This document shows positions 1-13,245 of a stretch of 64,000 bases of DNA, piece by piece. The DNA is taken from the NCBI GenBank assembly GCA_973895155.1, contig OZ316898.1, positions 3,038,480 through 3,102,479 of the forward strand, given 5' to 3'. The notes below the pieces were generated by a model. The model did not search any database. It was not told the DNA's origin and saw only the letters and a list, made by a program, of their open reading frames with translations. The position numbers were made by a program, and so were the translations under genes. Position 1 is the first letter of the stretch, and every line of letters starts with the position of its first letter. This DNA is from Marsupella aquatica. Its lineage: Eukaryota; Plantae; Marchantiophyta.

Positions 1-935
1 TGCGTTGCTGCCGAGCTTTGTTCACATATCTTTGTTACCACGCCCACTCGAATCTCGATCCAGCAGCTCAAACAAAGCCGGTGACGTTGATAGTGACTGA
101 CTGAACCGCCACATAATTAAGTGCAACATCGAACGCAGCTCTGTCTCCAGGTGCTGCTAAACTTCCAACCTAAACCCCTTCTGTACTGAAAGGAATTGTT
201 CGGTCCAGATAGATTTTTTCCTCGAAAGAAGAACTTACCAACGACAAAAATCCAGAGCGGCCAGCAAGTTTTATGCAATATAAATCTCTCCAGAACTGCC
301 ACGCCCCTCCATGCGCGCGTTGCAGAGTCGAATGAAGTGGCAGACGAGGCGACCATACTGTACAGCAGGTGCGATCTCATGCCATCACCACATTCAGATT
401 CATTCAGATTCATTTCACCTCGTCTGCAACTTGATTCGATTGTCGGGACATTGCGATCTCAGCATGTGGTGGAACAGCAATATATGACTTCCTGGGTTGT
501 TTGTACGGCGGAGAAACGAAATTTAGTGACGATGTTTCTCTTCTGCTGCTCATTGATTGCCCTCGCAACTGTCGAAAGTCTACAGCGAAAAGTCTTCGAA
601 TTCTGAACATCAATGTCTGTTATACATGGATAGGGGTCCTTAAAAAACGTTTACTTACGGAGTTTATTTCATTCAAACAAGTTTTTACAGCTCGCTACTT
701 TAGTTTCCGACCTCCACTGAAGCGTGTCAATCAGAGTACATCTAGAATATAAGACTTTACAGATGAATGCGTTTCATTGCAGAATATTTTATCAATATGA
801 ACCACTAGGCTCACATCAAAGAATGAACAGGTACCGAAGTACAGCAGGTGCGATCTCATGTCATCACTAATTAAGAATTCAACTACCCATCATGGGCCGC
901 AAAAGTGCCGAACAACTTCACTAGCACGGGGCAGG

Positions 936-1417
936 CAGGCTGAGAATGGCAACCCTCTCTTTCTAAAATCCCACTTACCGACGCCCCAAATGGCTCAGGC
1001 TGAGAATGGCAGCCCTCTCTTTCTAAAATCCCACTTACCAACGTCTCATATGGCACAGGCTGTGAATGGCAGCCCTCTCTTTCTAAAATCCCACTTACCA
1101 ACTCCCAAATGGCGCAGGCTGAGAATGGCAGCCCTCTCTTTCTAAAATCCCACTTACCAACTCCCCAAATGGCCCATGCTAATGGCAGCCCTCTCTTTCT
1201 AAAATCCCGCTTACCAACTCCCCAAATGGCAGTGTTTAGTGATCCAGGTTATGGCACAGTCTGAGAATGGCAGCCCTCTCTTTCTAAAAACCCCCTTACC
1301 TACGTCCCAAATACCAATGTTTCAAATGGCAGCCATAGGCTGAGAATGACAGCCATCTCTTTCTAAAATCCCACTTACCAACGTCCCAAATGGCGTCCCA
1401 AATGGCGTCCCAAATGG
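936..1417. repeat. Tandem array of ~7 copies of a ~59-60 bp unit, ending in a short (ggcgtcccaaat)-type repeat
   Basis: Unit caggctgagaatggcagccctctctttctaaaatcccacttaccaac..ccaaatggc recurs at about 936, 996, 1056, 1114, 1175, 1256 and 1337. The ORF track shows the repeated peptide AENGSPLFLKSHLPT. Confidence 0.92.
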
Positions 1418-3176
1418 CTCAGTTCGGTGCTCTGCTTTTGGAGGGGTTCCCCAATTTCCAGAAGTGCCGCGGGGGCGGAGCTGCAATGGGAAGGAAGAAG
1501 GTACTGTTGGCTACTAAGAATTGAAAGGACGGATTACTGCAGCTGGACCGGTGGGGGTAGGCTGGACCTCGATTATTACATTGAATGGATGGATGAAGGC
1601 AAGAAGAGATTAGAATAGAGGGACACGGGGTGGGTCAGTTGAGAGGGAGATTCCTGCAAATCAAGTCGATGAATGGATAGAACTGATGAATAATGTGGGA
1701 CGATGAATAATGGGGGAGGGAGGGGGCGAGAGAAATAGGAATATAAGATGCATCTCTGCAAGCGTTGGACTTGTGTAATCTGTCGGTCCTTTTCCAGTAA
1801 ACTGATCTCTTCGCTCTTCTCTCACAAGCATTGTACTGGATTGATTGGATTCCCCCATGAATGATTGCAAAACCTTTTTGAAAAGATCATGCACAATCAT
1901 TTCGTAAGAAGGCAGAAACGAATCCAACGAGGCGCCGTGTGTTTGAGAGCCCCTCTCCTACTGTATGGCTTGCTGTCCTACTCCATGCCAACAAGGTCAC
2001 CTTTCCAGATTACACTTTTTAGGACTTCTTTTGCTCGAAAACTGTAAACAACTAGAAAACCTTGGGATTGCTACATTCGATTCCACGCCTTTCTCGTCCT
2101 ATGAGAGTCCGATACGTCCTATGGTGGACTTGACATGAGACAGGAGTCAAAGGTCCATGTTGATCTTCCATACTCACGTTGGAAAATCGCGTGAAAACTT
2201 TGAAAAAGTTTTTCGATACCACTGGATTCAGACAGTTTTCCATTCTGGAGACATAGTCGCCACGTGGCCAGCCCTCTATCTTACTTTGCAAGATTTTTAT
2301 TGTTAATTATTAGCATGGCAGACAACTGGGGTAGCCCACAAAAAATTGTCAAGAATAAAAACTGGAAGGAACAGCATACAAATAGGGCACCCCACGCAGA
2401 GCTGGCAAATCCAAAAAAGTGAACCACCTGTCTTAGTAGTAAATTTTGTATGGAATATTTGTTACTAGTGGGTGATCATTTCTGGTCCTGGCTCCTATTC
2501 TCTATCTGGTGTCCCCAAGTATGCAGCCGGGTTATCTTTTTTCATGACAGGATTTATGAACTATAATCAACGTCAAGGCAGTGTTCTGGACTCTAACCCT
2601 GCTACCTCAATGTTTGAATAAGCTTCACGGCTGCCGTTGGTCAGCTTATTCTCACATTCCGGACATAGGGTTACAGCCTATAACCCGTGCCCTGGCATTC
2701 CTTATCCTATACATTTGGGTGTCAAGCTAGGTTGAACAACAAATCAATGCTTTTATTTTTAAATTTGGGGTTAGGGGTGAGAAGGAGAAAAGAGGAGGGG
2801 GGCGGCATCTGGCTCCAAAGCTTGAGCACAGAAAAACATCACTTTATAACTCTTGGAGTGGCACTTGGAAAGAGTACAAAAAGACTAGGGGGCCAAGCCA
2901 GACCAAAACAGGAAGGGGCCAGACGGAGGGGTGTATCTGTAATTAGATTAATAGGAGGGCAGCTAGCAACCACCACTTACTGCTTCATGCACTTGAGGGA
3001 TCACATGCTTAAAATGCTCGCTCACCAATCACCTCTGTGAATCTGCTCCTTGGATCTGCTCCAATCTACAAAAGACAAGGTTCCTTCTGGTTATTGTAAT
3101 AGACTTGAAATGACTTTGTCAAGACCAAAGAAATTGCTTCATTGCAACCTTATTCATCCTCATCTGATCTACCTCG

Positions 3177-3290
3177 GCTTTTCCCTTGTTTCTCCCCTTT
3201 GTTGGGTCACTTGCCTCTGGGTATCTTGTCTCCAGGTGGCGCACTTGCCTCTGGGTATCTTGTCCCCAGGTGGCGTTTTCTCTCTTGCAC
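3177..3290. repeat. Dispersed ~90-110 bp repeat (second copy ~7364-7440) with an internal 34-bp tandem duplication
   Basis: cccctttgttgggtcacttgcctctgggt..tgtctccaggt matches cccttttgttgggtctcctgcctctgggt..tgtctctaggt at ~7385-7430. cacttgcctctgggtatcttgtc.ccaggtggcg occurs twice in tandem at 3208-3275. Confidence 0.6.
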
Positions 3291-6200
3291 AGTGACATTA
3301 TATATATTTTTTAAAGAACGAGTGTATCCAGGAGACTTGCACAATATAAATAAGAGGTGTGAACAAATCAAAACGTAGTACTGAAAGCTTTATTTGACGT
3401 CTTCCATGTCTAGATTGTGAAGATACTATTACTATTCACATTTCGGAATCTTATTTCCAATGAAAAATGGTAAAAAACATTTTGCTTGACATGGCTATGC
3501 ACCTGGAGACATCTACACATGCTCTACACTAGATATTTCTAACTAGGAAGCCATCAGAGATCCACATAGATGGCAATGGGGGTGACTTATCAAAGAAAAT
3601 AGCTTGCCACTTGCAAATATTCTGCATGGTGGAAATAATGAGAAAGAAAGTGTTGTCAGTGTAGATTGAGTTGTTAATAAATGGTGATGGATGCCTTATG
3701 TTTTTTAATTGTTTTAATTTTTATGGATGCCCTATGTTTGAAGGTGTGGCCCGTGAATGTTGCCTTTGTCCACTCGGTGACAACAAGAAACGTCAAGGGC
3801 ATGATAGGGTAGCGTTGTCTGACTGATATCTGAAAGATAGAACATTGTTCAGAAACGATGATACGTGAGACAAAATAGGCAATTAAAGGCAAGATCAAAA
3901 CTGGCCTCCTAGAGAAGTGCTTCAGTGCTGGCAAGAAAGACCATTTTGACCAACTTGTCAATGCTGGTGTCAAAGGCCATGATCATAATGTTCATTTATT
4001 TAGAAAGATTACTTTCAAACAAGAGGAATGGGGTGAGTCTAGGACCTGGCATTTGTGAGGAGGACAAAGTGACTGAGGGATGTTGCTACTTTCTTTTTTG
4101 GGAAAAGAAGGCACAGGGCCCCATCAAATAACACACGGAGAAACAAAAGCCACCTGAGGGATGTTTCTACTTAGAACGAAAGTAAGATGAGTTGTATCTC
4201 ACCAAAATTGGAGTGAGGTGGACTTCATACAATCCTGTACATTTTGTTGAGGGTGTTCACCATGATGCGAGCTTGGAGTGACACCCTTGTAAATTGTTTG
4301 CCAAAGTGTGTGGGAGAGCACCAATCATCCAATCTCTGCAGAAAAGAGATACATTCCTAAAGTTCACTTCATACTTGTCCTCTCTCAGGGAGCTCGTCAT
4401 GTCACTCATGGGAACTGGTGGAGATCAAGTCCAGGTGCGATCTGCCAAATGTGCATCCATGGGAATACTATAATTTAATTATTTAAATCACCTACACGTA
4501 GTGACCATAAATAGTCAGAAATATTTTTATCAAAGTAGAGAAGCGAGCAAATGAGTATTTTGTCTCCCACAACTTTTGGGGCACTGGCGGTTTCAAGAAA
4601 TGAATGCAAGAGTTGCTTATTGTGTCGTTGAGTTTACGGTATTGTGACTTCCGTTGTGATTGAATCGATCGTATTGTCAACGTGACCCTAGGTAACGGAG
4701 GAATCCAGCGCGAAGCCCAAAGCAATTTATTGCGGCGGAATCCATCCAAGCAAGCGAGCGAGCGAGCGGCATCACATGGCCCGGAGTGGCACCACCAGCC
4801 TGAAAGGCAGACTAAACGAATGAGCGACGAAGGGACAATGGTCGGGCATCTGCATGGATCGTCTGTACGTGGCTCACTCCAATTGTGTTGCTGCGCGCAT
4901 GTGTGGGGTCCGATCGATCCACGGCTCCAATCCGCCACTTCCGCCCGTCAATCCTGGAAGAAATTGATGGCCCATTCTCGGTAACTTCCAGGCCGATCGT
5001 TCTTCTCGAGCTCCATTCAAGCGCCGGCTGAAGTCGTCTCGCGGCTTCGAGCGCTCTCACCCGATCCGAGAATTGAGAAATCTAACCTGTCGATGGCGCA
5101 TCGTACCAACTTGGCATTCTCCATTTCTCAAAAGAGGGCGAGGACGGAAGTACAGCAGCAGTAGTAGTAGTAGTAGTACTTGGGCAGGCGGCTCATCAAT
5201 GAATTTGTTCGAGACTTCAAGCTTTCCGAGCTCGCTCACAGGAGTCACAGCTCACTCGATGGGCAGCTGGGATCAGCCCAGCGGCTATTGCGAGCGATTG
5301 ATCAGTGATGAATTGTGCTTCCATGAATCATCATCAACTTGCTTGGGCAACTGCATCAGTGATGAATAAGTGAGTGAGTGAGTATTTGCGAGGCTGTTAA
5401 ATTAACGGTTCTACGGACTCTCTACCTATCGTTATCTCCGTCGATATGCCGTATCCATGCACTGTGGAGGACAATACACGTTTACGGTCCATTTTGGTTG
5501 TAAAAATACATCTGAGCATTTTGACAATTTGACAAATGTACAGCAGAGGTCCATGTAGGCTTACTGATGTCCATTCTGAATTTCCCACTTAATAATTTTT
5601 GAAGGAGATATGTGCTTGATGGACGCTGTCACTTGATGGACTCCATGAATGATCCAGACCGTTCATAGACCTTGATAAACCCTAAATCAACGTACCTGAA
5701 AGCTCATGGGGCTAGTTAGGGAGAAAACTTTGATTTGGTGGTCCATCAGCCTAGATTAGGATCACAAATTATGACACTTCTTCTCTATGCTTACCTAAAA
5801 TAGTATGGACAATAGCCCCTCAAAACTAGACCTGATATGAAACCCTCATTTTGGGGGGTACTACCACCCACAATGCCCTGGGAATAGGGGTGTAGTATAC
5901 AATTTCTAAACCTGTGTCACCTTTTAACCTTCTCTCAAGTGCCCAGGGTTGGTTTATAAGGGGATCATTGCTAAGTATTTTGACAATGTACGTCAGTGGA
6001 TTTTGGTGACATAGTTCTCAAGCCTGAGAGAGAGCAATGATAGAACTTTAGCAGTGTATTCTAGTTATTTTTACAATATACTTTCTTCAGTGGGTTTTGG
6101 TGACATAGTGCTCAAGCCTGAATCCACTATAGAACTGTAGCGCTCCTAAGGAGACAGTTGTCCCCCTTAGGGTACAGTCATCAGTGTAGCACATGCAGAC

Positions 6201-9200
6201 CTCGATGTGTACCATTAGATCCTCACACTATTGTATGCTTTTGAAATTATTTTCTAGGTTTTTGGGGTTTGCATTCGTGCTTTGAGTCTCCTGTTTGTCT
6301 TACGTGGACCTCTTTTGCTTTTACTGCATTCTACAGTTTGGCTCTTTAGAGTAAACTGGTAAGTTTCCATTTCCAAGCATGTAAGGCAACAGGCCAGAAA
6401 ATCTATATTATTGTATAAGGTCTGGTAGAAAATCAAGCCCTATGATGGACCTTTATTAGATTTGAGAAAATTTTAGCACGAATTTTGTCAATCAATATAT
6501 ATCACTCTACCAACCAACAAAAGGAGTCCGACAGGATCTCAAAGAAAGACTCAATAAAGGGAGTGGACACGCCTGTTCACAGCCTATATTTCATACAAAA
6601 ACACATCACCCTGTGATACCAACCGTATGCCATGAGGTCCCACTGCTGGACTTACACAGTAGAGCATAAAACCCAGAGAAAGAACCGGAATGGATTTAAA
6701 GAGAGATATGCTTAGTAGACCCCCTTCTGAATTTTTTTTGCTTAATCAACCTCCTCCATACTTTTCCCCAATCTGGACCATTGATGGAGCTTTCGATCTC
6801 AGATCTGGACCGTTGATAGACCTCAGGGGGTCGATCAAGTGACAAGTTTCATTTTGGGGGTCGATCACGCAAATACCTCAGTCTGGATTTAAACTTATAG
6901 CCCTACGCCACCTATCCTCCTTTGGGAAAGTCTTAAAAGTCTAGTCCAGATTCCATCTTGCATGTACCCAAGCTCAAAATTCAATTTGGAACACTTCACA
7001 TGCATGATTTAAATTTGAGAAGAGATCTACCATTATTAAAATAGTAGAAATACTCATGTTGAGCGGTATGTGAAAGCCTAACGTCACATCCTTATCTTGT
7101 ATATATGGTACAAGTAAAACCTCACAGCTAAGTTTGTGAGTGGGATAACAGAGGAGAGACCTGCTTTAGGAAGATGAAATTAATTTGAAGGGTTTGGGGA
7201 ATGGGGAGTTTCACATCATATCCACCTCATTAGTATGTATGTGAAGAAGACAGTTTGCTTAGGCTGGCCCCAATACTACTAAACTCACTGATGAATGACC
7301 TAGTCAGTAGATCTCTAGCTTAGAATAATTGAATTCAAATTACAACAACACTGGAATGGAATGGGGTTTCTCCCTGGTGTCCCCCCCTTTTGTTGGGTCT
7401 CCTGCCTCTGGGTGGTTCATGTCTCTAGGTTTGGCACTCTTTGTTCGTTTGCCAGTGTGATATATGTATTGGCGTGGAATGTTAGGGGATAGTTTGGAGA
7501 ATCCAAATGATAACTCCATGTTTTTCAGAAATTCTCAGAGCTTCGTTTCATCTGTCTGAACCGTTGTGATTGAGTCTTTGGTCCATTAATTTCACTTGAC
7601 ACTCAAGCAAGCGCACAATTAGAAATAGCAGGCACCGTTGTGATGTCTGTTGGGTCGGGACTTTACACAAAAGCAACCGCACAATATTAATTAGCTAGGG
7701 AAAGCACCAATCCTTATCGATGTACGTGGGCCCCAAAAGTACTAGCTCTTGAGGGCAATCATGTGGCTTCTATTATGACTTTTTCTCTAGACCATCTCTA
7801 TTCTCTTCTCTAGAGTAGTTTGGAGTTGTGAAAAGCCATGAAGAATTTTTGGGAGAGTGGGACATAGGCCAATTTTGGTTTAGAGAGCTAAATATAGGCT
7901 GGAAAGCGTCTCATCTCTGAAGTTTTGGGACGATGCAAAACATGGCTACTAGGCTAGGTTTTTGCGATGTCCCCTTTATACTGGATACATGAACATATTC
8001 CAGATACAGACAGGCCTAGCTAATGGACACCAGTCCTGTTTTAGAGTCCATTAATCATCAATCATTTCATCATTGTCTGTCATGATTGACCAGACTTCAC
8101 TGCAGAATTTCGTCGGTGTGCGTTGAGATTTTTTGTCTTTTAAAATGAGTAATTAGGTGCGGGTAGCATTCGAGTAATAATTATCAATGATTGCAGCGTT
8201 CCATTCTTCAAATCTATTATATTCTGCGTCGTCAGGCGTAGTCTAATCTCATGTGGGATCCACGGAAGGGTACTGGAAGAGAGGGAATATATTGAGGAGG
8301 ATTGCCAGGTAGGAAACGTAAGAGGATTGTCTTTGAATTGGGAGTGGGTCGAGAGAGTTGGTTGATTTGTCAGGATTGTCGACCTCCTGTGAGCCTCTGA
8401 CGGGTACTTCATCGAGAAGCATTTAATCGGCTGACATGATGGTCGCCAATCCTTTCTTACCACAGCAACCAACCTAATCCCTTCTCATCCAAGCAGAACA
8501 ATCGTAGAGCTACTTTTCAGCTGTGATCCGTGCCTTTGCGTCCTGTCTGCGTTTTTGATCTTAACTTGTTCAAAATAAGAATATCTTTTGAGGTAAAAAC
8601 GCACCGCAGAGTTTTACGCCCTATGTTTCCATCATGGGGTCAGAGGACATAGTGCGATTCGGTCAGGTTGCGATGGAGGAATCCAGCCAGCTGATGTCCG
8701 ATCTTTTTCTCCGAATGGAAATCACACTTTTAATTTACAGAGGCTTGTGACAGGATACATACAATGTGAGGGGAAGTCCAGAAGGACGTGACTCAGGAGC
8801 AGGCTGAAAGTTCTGTGGTCGAGATCGCCGAGCTCAATCGGAAAAACACCTTTAAACCTCCGGTTTACTTGGGTTGTGCTCCTTGGTGAGCTTCCTTCTC
8901 GTTGTCTACAATTAATATGCTGTTTCTATGAATGGCATCCGTGTACATGGCCAATCAGAACGTAACCTTTTTCGTTTCTCGTTGGACATTATTATACCGT
9001 TTCTATGACTGTCATTCATGAACAAGGCCAAAAAGAAAGCGCATGGCCTTCGCGGGGTTTGAAATGCGAAGGAGGTGGATTCTGACTAGTCTGGTCAGTG
9101 TTGTTTTCAAGGCAATTTTCATTTTGGGTCATTCGGCCCGCAGTCGGCCCACTTTGATTATAGGAGTTTGTTCAACTAAGCTGAGAATGTGAAGAAATGA

Positions 9201-11869
9201 ATCAGTTGATTTAGGACACAAAGTTTCAAAGGGACAAACGTGACACGACGGCTCACGAGAAATTAGGAAGAGAGGGAGAATCAGATAAAGATAAAGAGAG
9301 AAAGGGAACATCAGACGAAAGAAAATAAATCCGGTGAGATAACCCATTTCAGAGGAGCCAAGCGGGTATCGTATAGGACTGTGATCCGAGTGGGCTCAGT
9401 CTAGGCTTCGTCCGTTTGGTTACTAACTCCACGCTCACATTCCCCTTTACGGCTTTACCCCTCCCATCTCTAAAAAGACGAAGAGGAAGAAGACACTCGC
9501 TGTACTGCGTCGGCCCTATGAACCAATCATACGATTTTCAGTGAGTGAAGAGACTTGAAATTCCGTTGTAGTTAAATCCTTTTAAATCGTTCAATACGAA
9601 GATCGACCAGTATACAACGAAGGGGATACCCGCAACGGCAACAGAACCCAACATGACCAGAATTACAAGCAGGTCAAAGTCCGAAAAGACCGGTGGAATC
9701 CGGTGCTAGTGTCAGCCTACCCAGAAGTACACGAGCAGGTGGACTTATTATTCTTTAAGCCCAATTCCATTACAGAATTCGAAATCCAGTAACGACGATT
9801 GTCCGAGCCGCTCGCCTATCACTCTCATGCCATTCATCCTCTCTGTCATCATAATTACATCTCGAGGATAAGCCGAGTGAAAGATCTTGTGCTGTGAAAA
9901 TTGAGTGAACGGAGGAGGCATAGTTGACGGAGCTAACGCAAAGCACGCGCAAGCATATTCGGAGGCGGCGGGCCTCCACGTCTGACTCGTCGACATTTAT
10001 GATATTTTGTCAACTACTTAGAAAGAATTTGCATCGCCTCGGTTCCGCCGAAGACTGCATTCCGGCTGATTACCGCTGAGATAAGCAGCAGCTCACAGCT
10101 GGAAGGGCTCCCGTCCTTGCTTCCATACTATACCTTCCAGCCCATGCACCCGACCTGTCAAGAGGAACAAAATTTATCTGATGAGGTCTAATCAGGCAGA
10201 CGGATAGCAGAATGATGGACAGACGAAGGCATCTCTTATCCGAGCTACCCGCCGCCTTACACTCGCTTCTGGCACACATGGATGGCGTACCACCATAGTC
10301 CTTTCAGCTCCTCCACTGCTTGCTGCTTCACTATGTGGGACAAGATTCATGATCAGGTCATCGTGTCTCTACTGAAATCTCGACCACAGTAGTGCTAAGG
10401 TCATCCCCTAGAGAGGATGGACGACTTCGATCTTCTCAAAACTGCGGTAAGAAAAGACCATCCTGACCCAATGGAGAGTAATCGATAAATTCTTTGGTGT
10501 TGTTCTGCTGTATTTCACTCAATCTACATATCTCTTGCCTCCGAATTTCATCGTATTCCATCCAGTGAAACCGGAAACAGAAATCTGTTCAGTACTGTTT
10601 TGTCTTGAGTGGCACAATTATGTACAGGCTAGCTCCCGCTTCTGGCTTCAAACTTACAAACTGTCCAATGTTAATGAAAACGTACTCAGAACTTTTATTC
10701 GACTACCAGTTATGTAGTGTATGATAACTAAAATAAACGAAGGAAAATTTTGAAGACAACTATATACAATAGATAAATTGAAGATCATCTCTCATCATTA
10801 AATTGTGATTAGCGCTGTTTCGAACAGTGTTTGAAATTCTGGAGCGAACAAATTTATGAATGTCCCCAGATTCCGTTGGTTTCACCTTCCACCCATATCG
10901 ATCAACCTACTTCCACATTGATCCCTCATGAAATGCTTACTGTGTCTGACATTGCCATTTGTTGTGATGAAAAGAAATTGTAGGACAGGCCCACAGTAAA
11001 CCTTGTTTCACCTCTCTCCAGTTTCCTCTGCTGCCAGATAGATCCTTCGTGCAGCTAACGTGTTTGGTTTCGCAATGTCTTCATTCCGACGCAATAATGA
11101 AATCTATAGATTCCCGACCAGCCAGGACCTTCTTCAGGACTTCACAAACAGGTCTTTCGCCCTTTCGGTGTTCTGTGGGACCTACTGAGCAAGGGAGGAA
11201 CGACATTCCGTGGGTGGGTACCGTTGCTTCCGGGCGGGAATGGATATGACCTGCATGCAAAGGGCGTACGAAGTAGTGAATCTGTTGTCTTCCAGTTGGT
11301 TCGCTCACTTGCTCGTGGACTCGACTAGGAACCACGTCTGTGTGGCTTCCGGCCGCGAAGCAGATCTTACACGTACGTAGGCACAGCAGGCACACGTCAG
11401 GGAGGATGAGGCAAGGCAGTGCACAGTACATTCGAGCCCCTTTCTCACAGGCATCGACTATTCTGAGCTCAGAATACTGGAATCGCAAATCTAGCTACTG
11501 CAGCTTTTCATGCGCTAGGGTCGACTGTACTTCCGCGACAACCTGAAAAAGTGGCCATATCACCGTTAATACCGGAATTGACTGAAAGCACTTTAAGTTT
11601 GGTTCTTTCCACATCACTGGCGATCTGATAAACTTACTTCATGCCGAGAATATAACGTGAAAGCAATCGACTACATATCTTACTGAAGTTGTCTGGACCT
11701 GCTGACCATGATCGAATTTGAGTGTTCTAAGTCTTTGTGAAAAAGGCCATCGGCTTCATCGGTGAATGTCAATTAACCGATTTTGAACACCGGCCACCAG
11801 AATTTCGCAGCGTATTTTGGTATGCACTACTATGTAAAAGGATTCTCACGATACCAATCCAGTTGATTG

Positions 11870-12420
11870 GCACATTTGGGCAAATGAAATTCTTTTGTGC
11901 GCTTCGAAACTGTCCAGCCCTTGCACTCTGGAACATAGTTGGGAAAAGCGTTCAACTGATCCCAACCCCAAATCCCGAAGACAACGAATTTGACAATCAG
12001 TTGGAGCTTTACGTTCATATTTTGTCCCAATGTATGTCATGCACTCTCATTTCTTAGAAAGAGAAAATATGGATTCGATTGAAAACTCCAGAAACGAACT
12101 GTGGCATACAAGGACTTGATAACGTAAGACAATCGTTGCCATTATCCCAACCTAAAAATCCCTAAGAGAGCGAGTTTCACGGTCAAATGGAGCTTCCGAT
12201 TCATAATACGTATGTCATGCATGTTTTTGCTTTAGATTGACGAAATATAGACTCGATTGGAAAGTTCATGAACGAATTGCAGCTTACGAAGGACTTCATA
12301 AAGCGGGGTAATCGTTGCAGTTATACGGACCCAAAGCCCCTAAAGAGATCGGATTGACGATCAATTGGAGTTTTCGTTCATCAACTTGTTCCTCTTCTGT
12401 CAAGCATACATGTCTAAACG
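11870..12420. repeat. Degenerate ~180-bp tandem repeat, about 3 copies
   Basis: Motif blocks (tcgattg.aaa.t.ca..aacgaa.tg; cgtt...t.at.c..acc..aaa.ccc; tca.(t/a)tggag.tt..cg.ttcat) recur with a ~175-185 bp period near 11950-12020, 12070-12205 and 12250-12380. Confidence 0.6.
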
Positions 12421-13245
12421 ATTCGACATGAAGGAGTCGATTTGTTCGTGTCTTAAAAGCCAACGTATTGGCTAAATATATATTTATGTACTCAGACGTT
12501 CGAGTTTCCCTTCCACACAGAGGAGCCAGTAAACAGCATTACTTTTGCTAGACAGATTCGTTACTTCGAAATATTTTTTGACCACGTAATAGAAACAAAA
12601 CTCCAGCACTTTCTGGCACATACAAGGAGATGAGGCCCCAAAATGAAGAGTGTTACTTGAGAGGACCCGTGAGTGATCTAGACAGTTTGATTAACCTTGC
12701 AGCAATGTACCCAAAACTTCAGGGGTCCTATCAAGCAAAGCAATTCATTTTGGGGTCTGATCAAGCAAATCCCTCCACATACAAGGGAAGGAATAAACCA
12801 CATGGAAAGGCAAAACCTGTAAAACAATACGACAAAGGAAAGACCCTAATCATCTAGATGGTAGAGATGCGATCTGAAAGTTAATTCATCTTCGTTGCTA
12901 CGATTCTCCATCGTAGACTCGTATCAATGCGTTCATGCAACTTGGGAAATGTGAATAAACGATGAACGACCTTTGAACTTGGTTTATGACCTATTTGAGT
13001 AGAAACGATTAGCAACTCTGTAAGGTCGACTTTGCCTGTAAAACCTCAGTTAACCAAGCGCACTGTGGGACGACATTTTCAGCTGAAAACAGGACCTCTG
13101 GAGCCCACCTTTGTATAACTCCTATTCCCGACGTGAGTTCCATTGGTGGACCAAATAAATAACATCCACATTTGCCCAAGACAGCTGGACAGACTAATTA
13201 TAAAAACCATAGATGGCCATTTGCGGGCCGTCCTCTAGAGACGTA

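Noticed and set aside
919-930. CACTA terminus (cactag) or Helitron CTAG end
   Set aside because: No matching inverted terminus, TSD or terminal hairpin found.
858-1145. Repetitive-peptide ORFs on both strands
   Set aside because: Explained by the 60-bp tandem unit; the frame breaks in later copies.
936-1417. CRISPR-like array
   Set aside because: Units are contiguous near-identical repeats without unique spacers; eukaryotic context and no cas genes.
5604-6880. MULE/MITE-like imperfect terminal inverted repeats (tgtcacttgat.gac core)
   Set aside because: The match is short and gapped with no TSD, so it is too weak to call.
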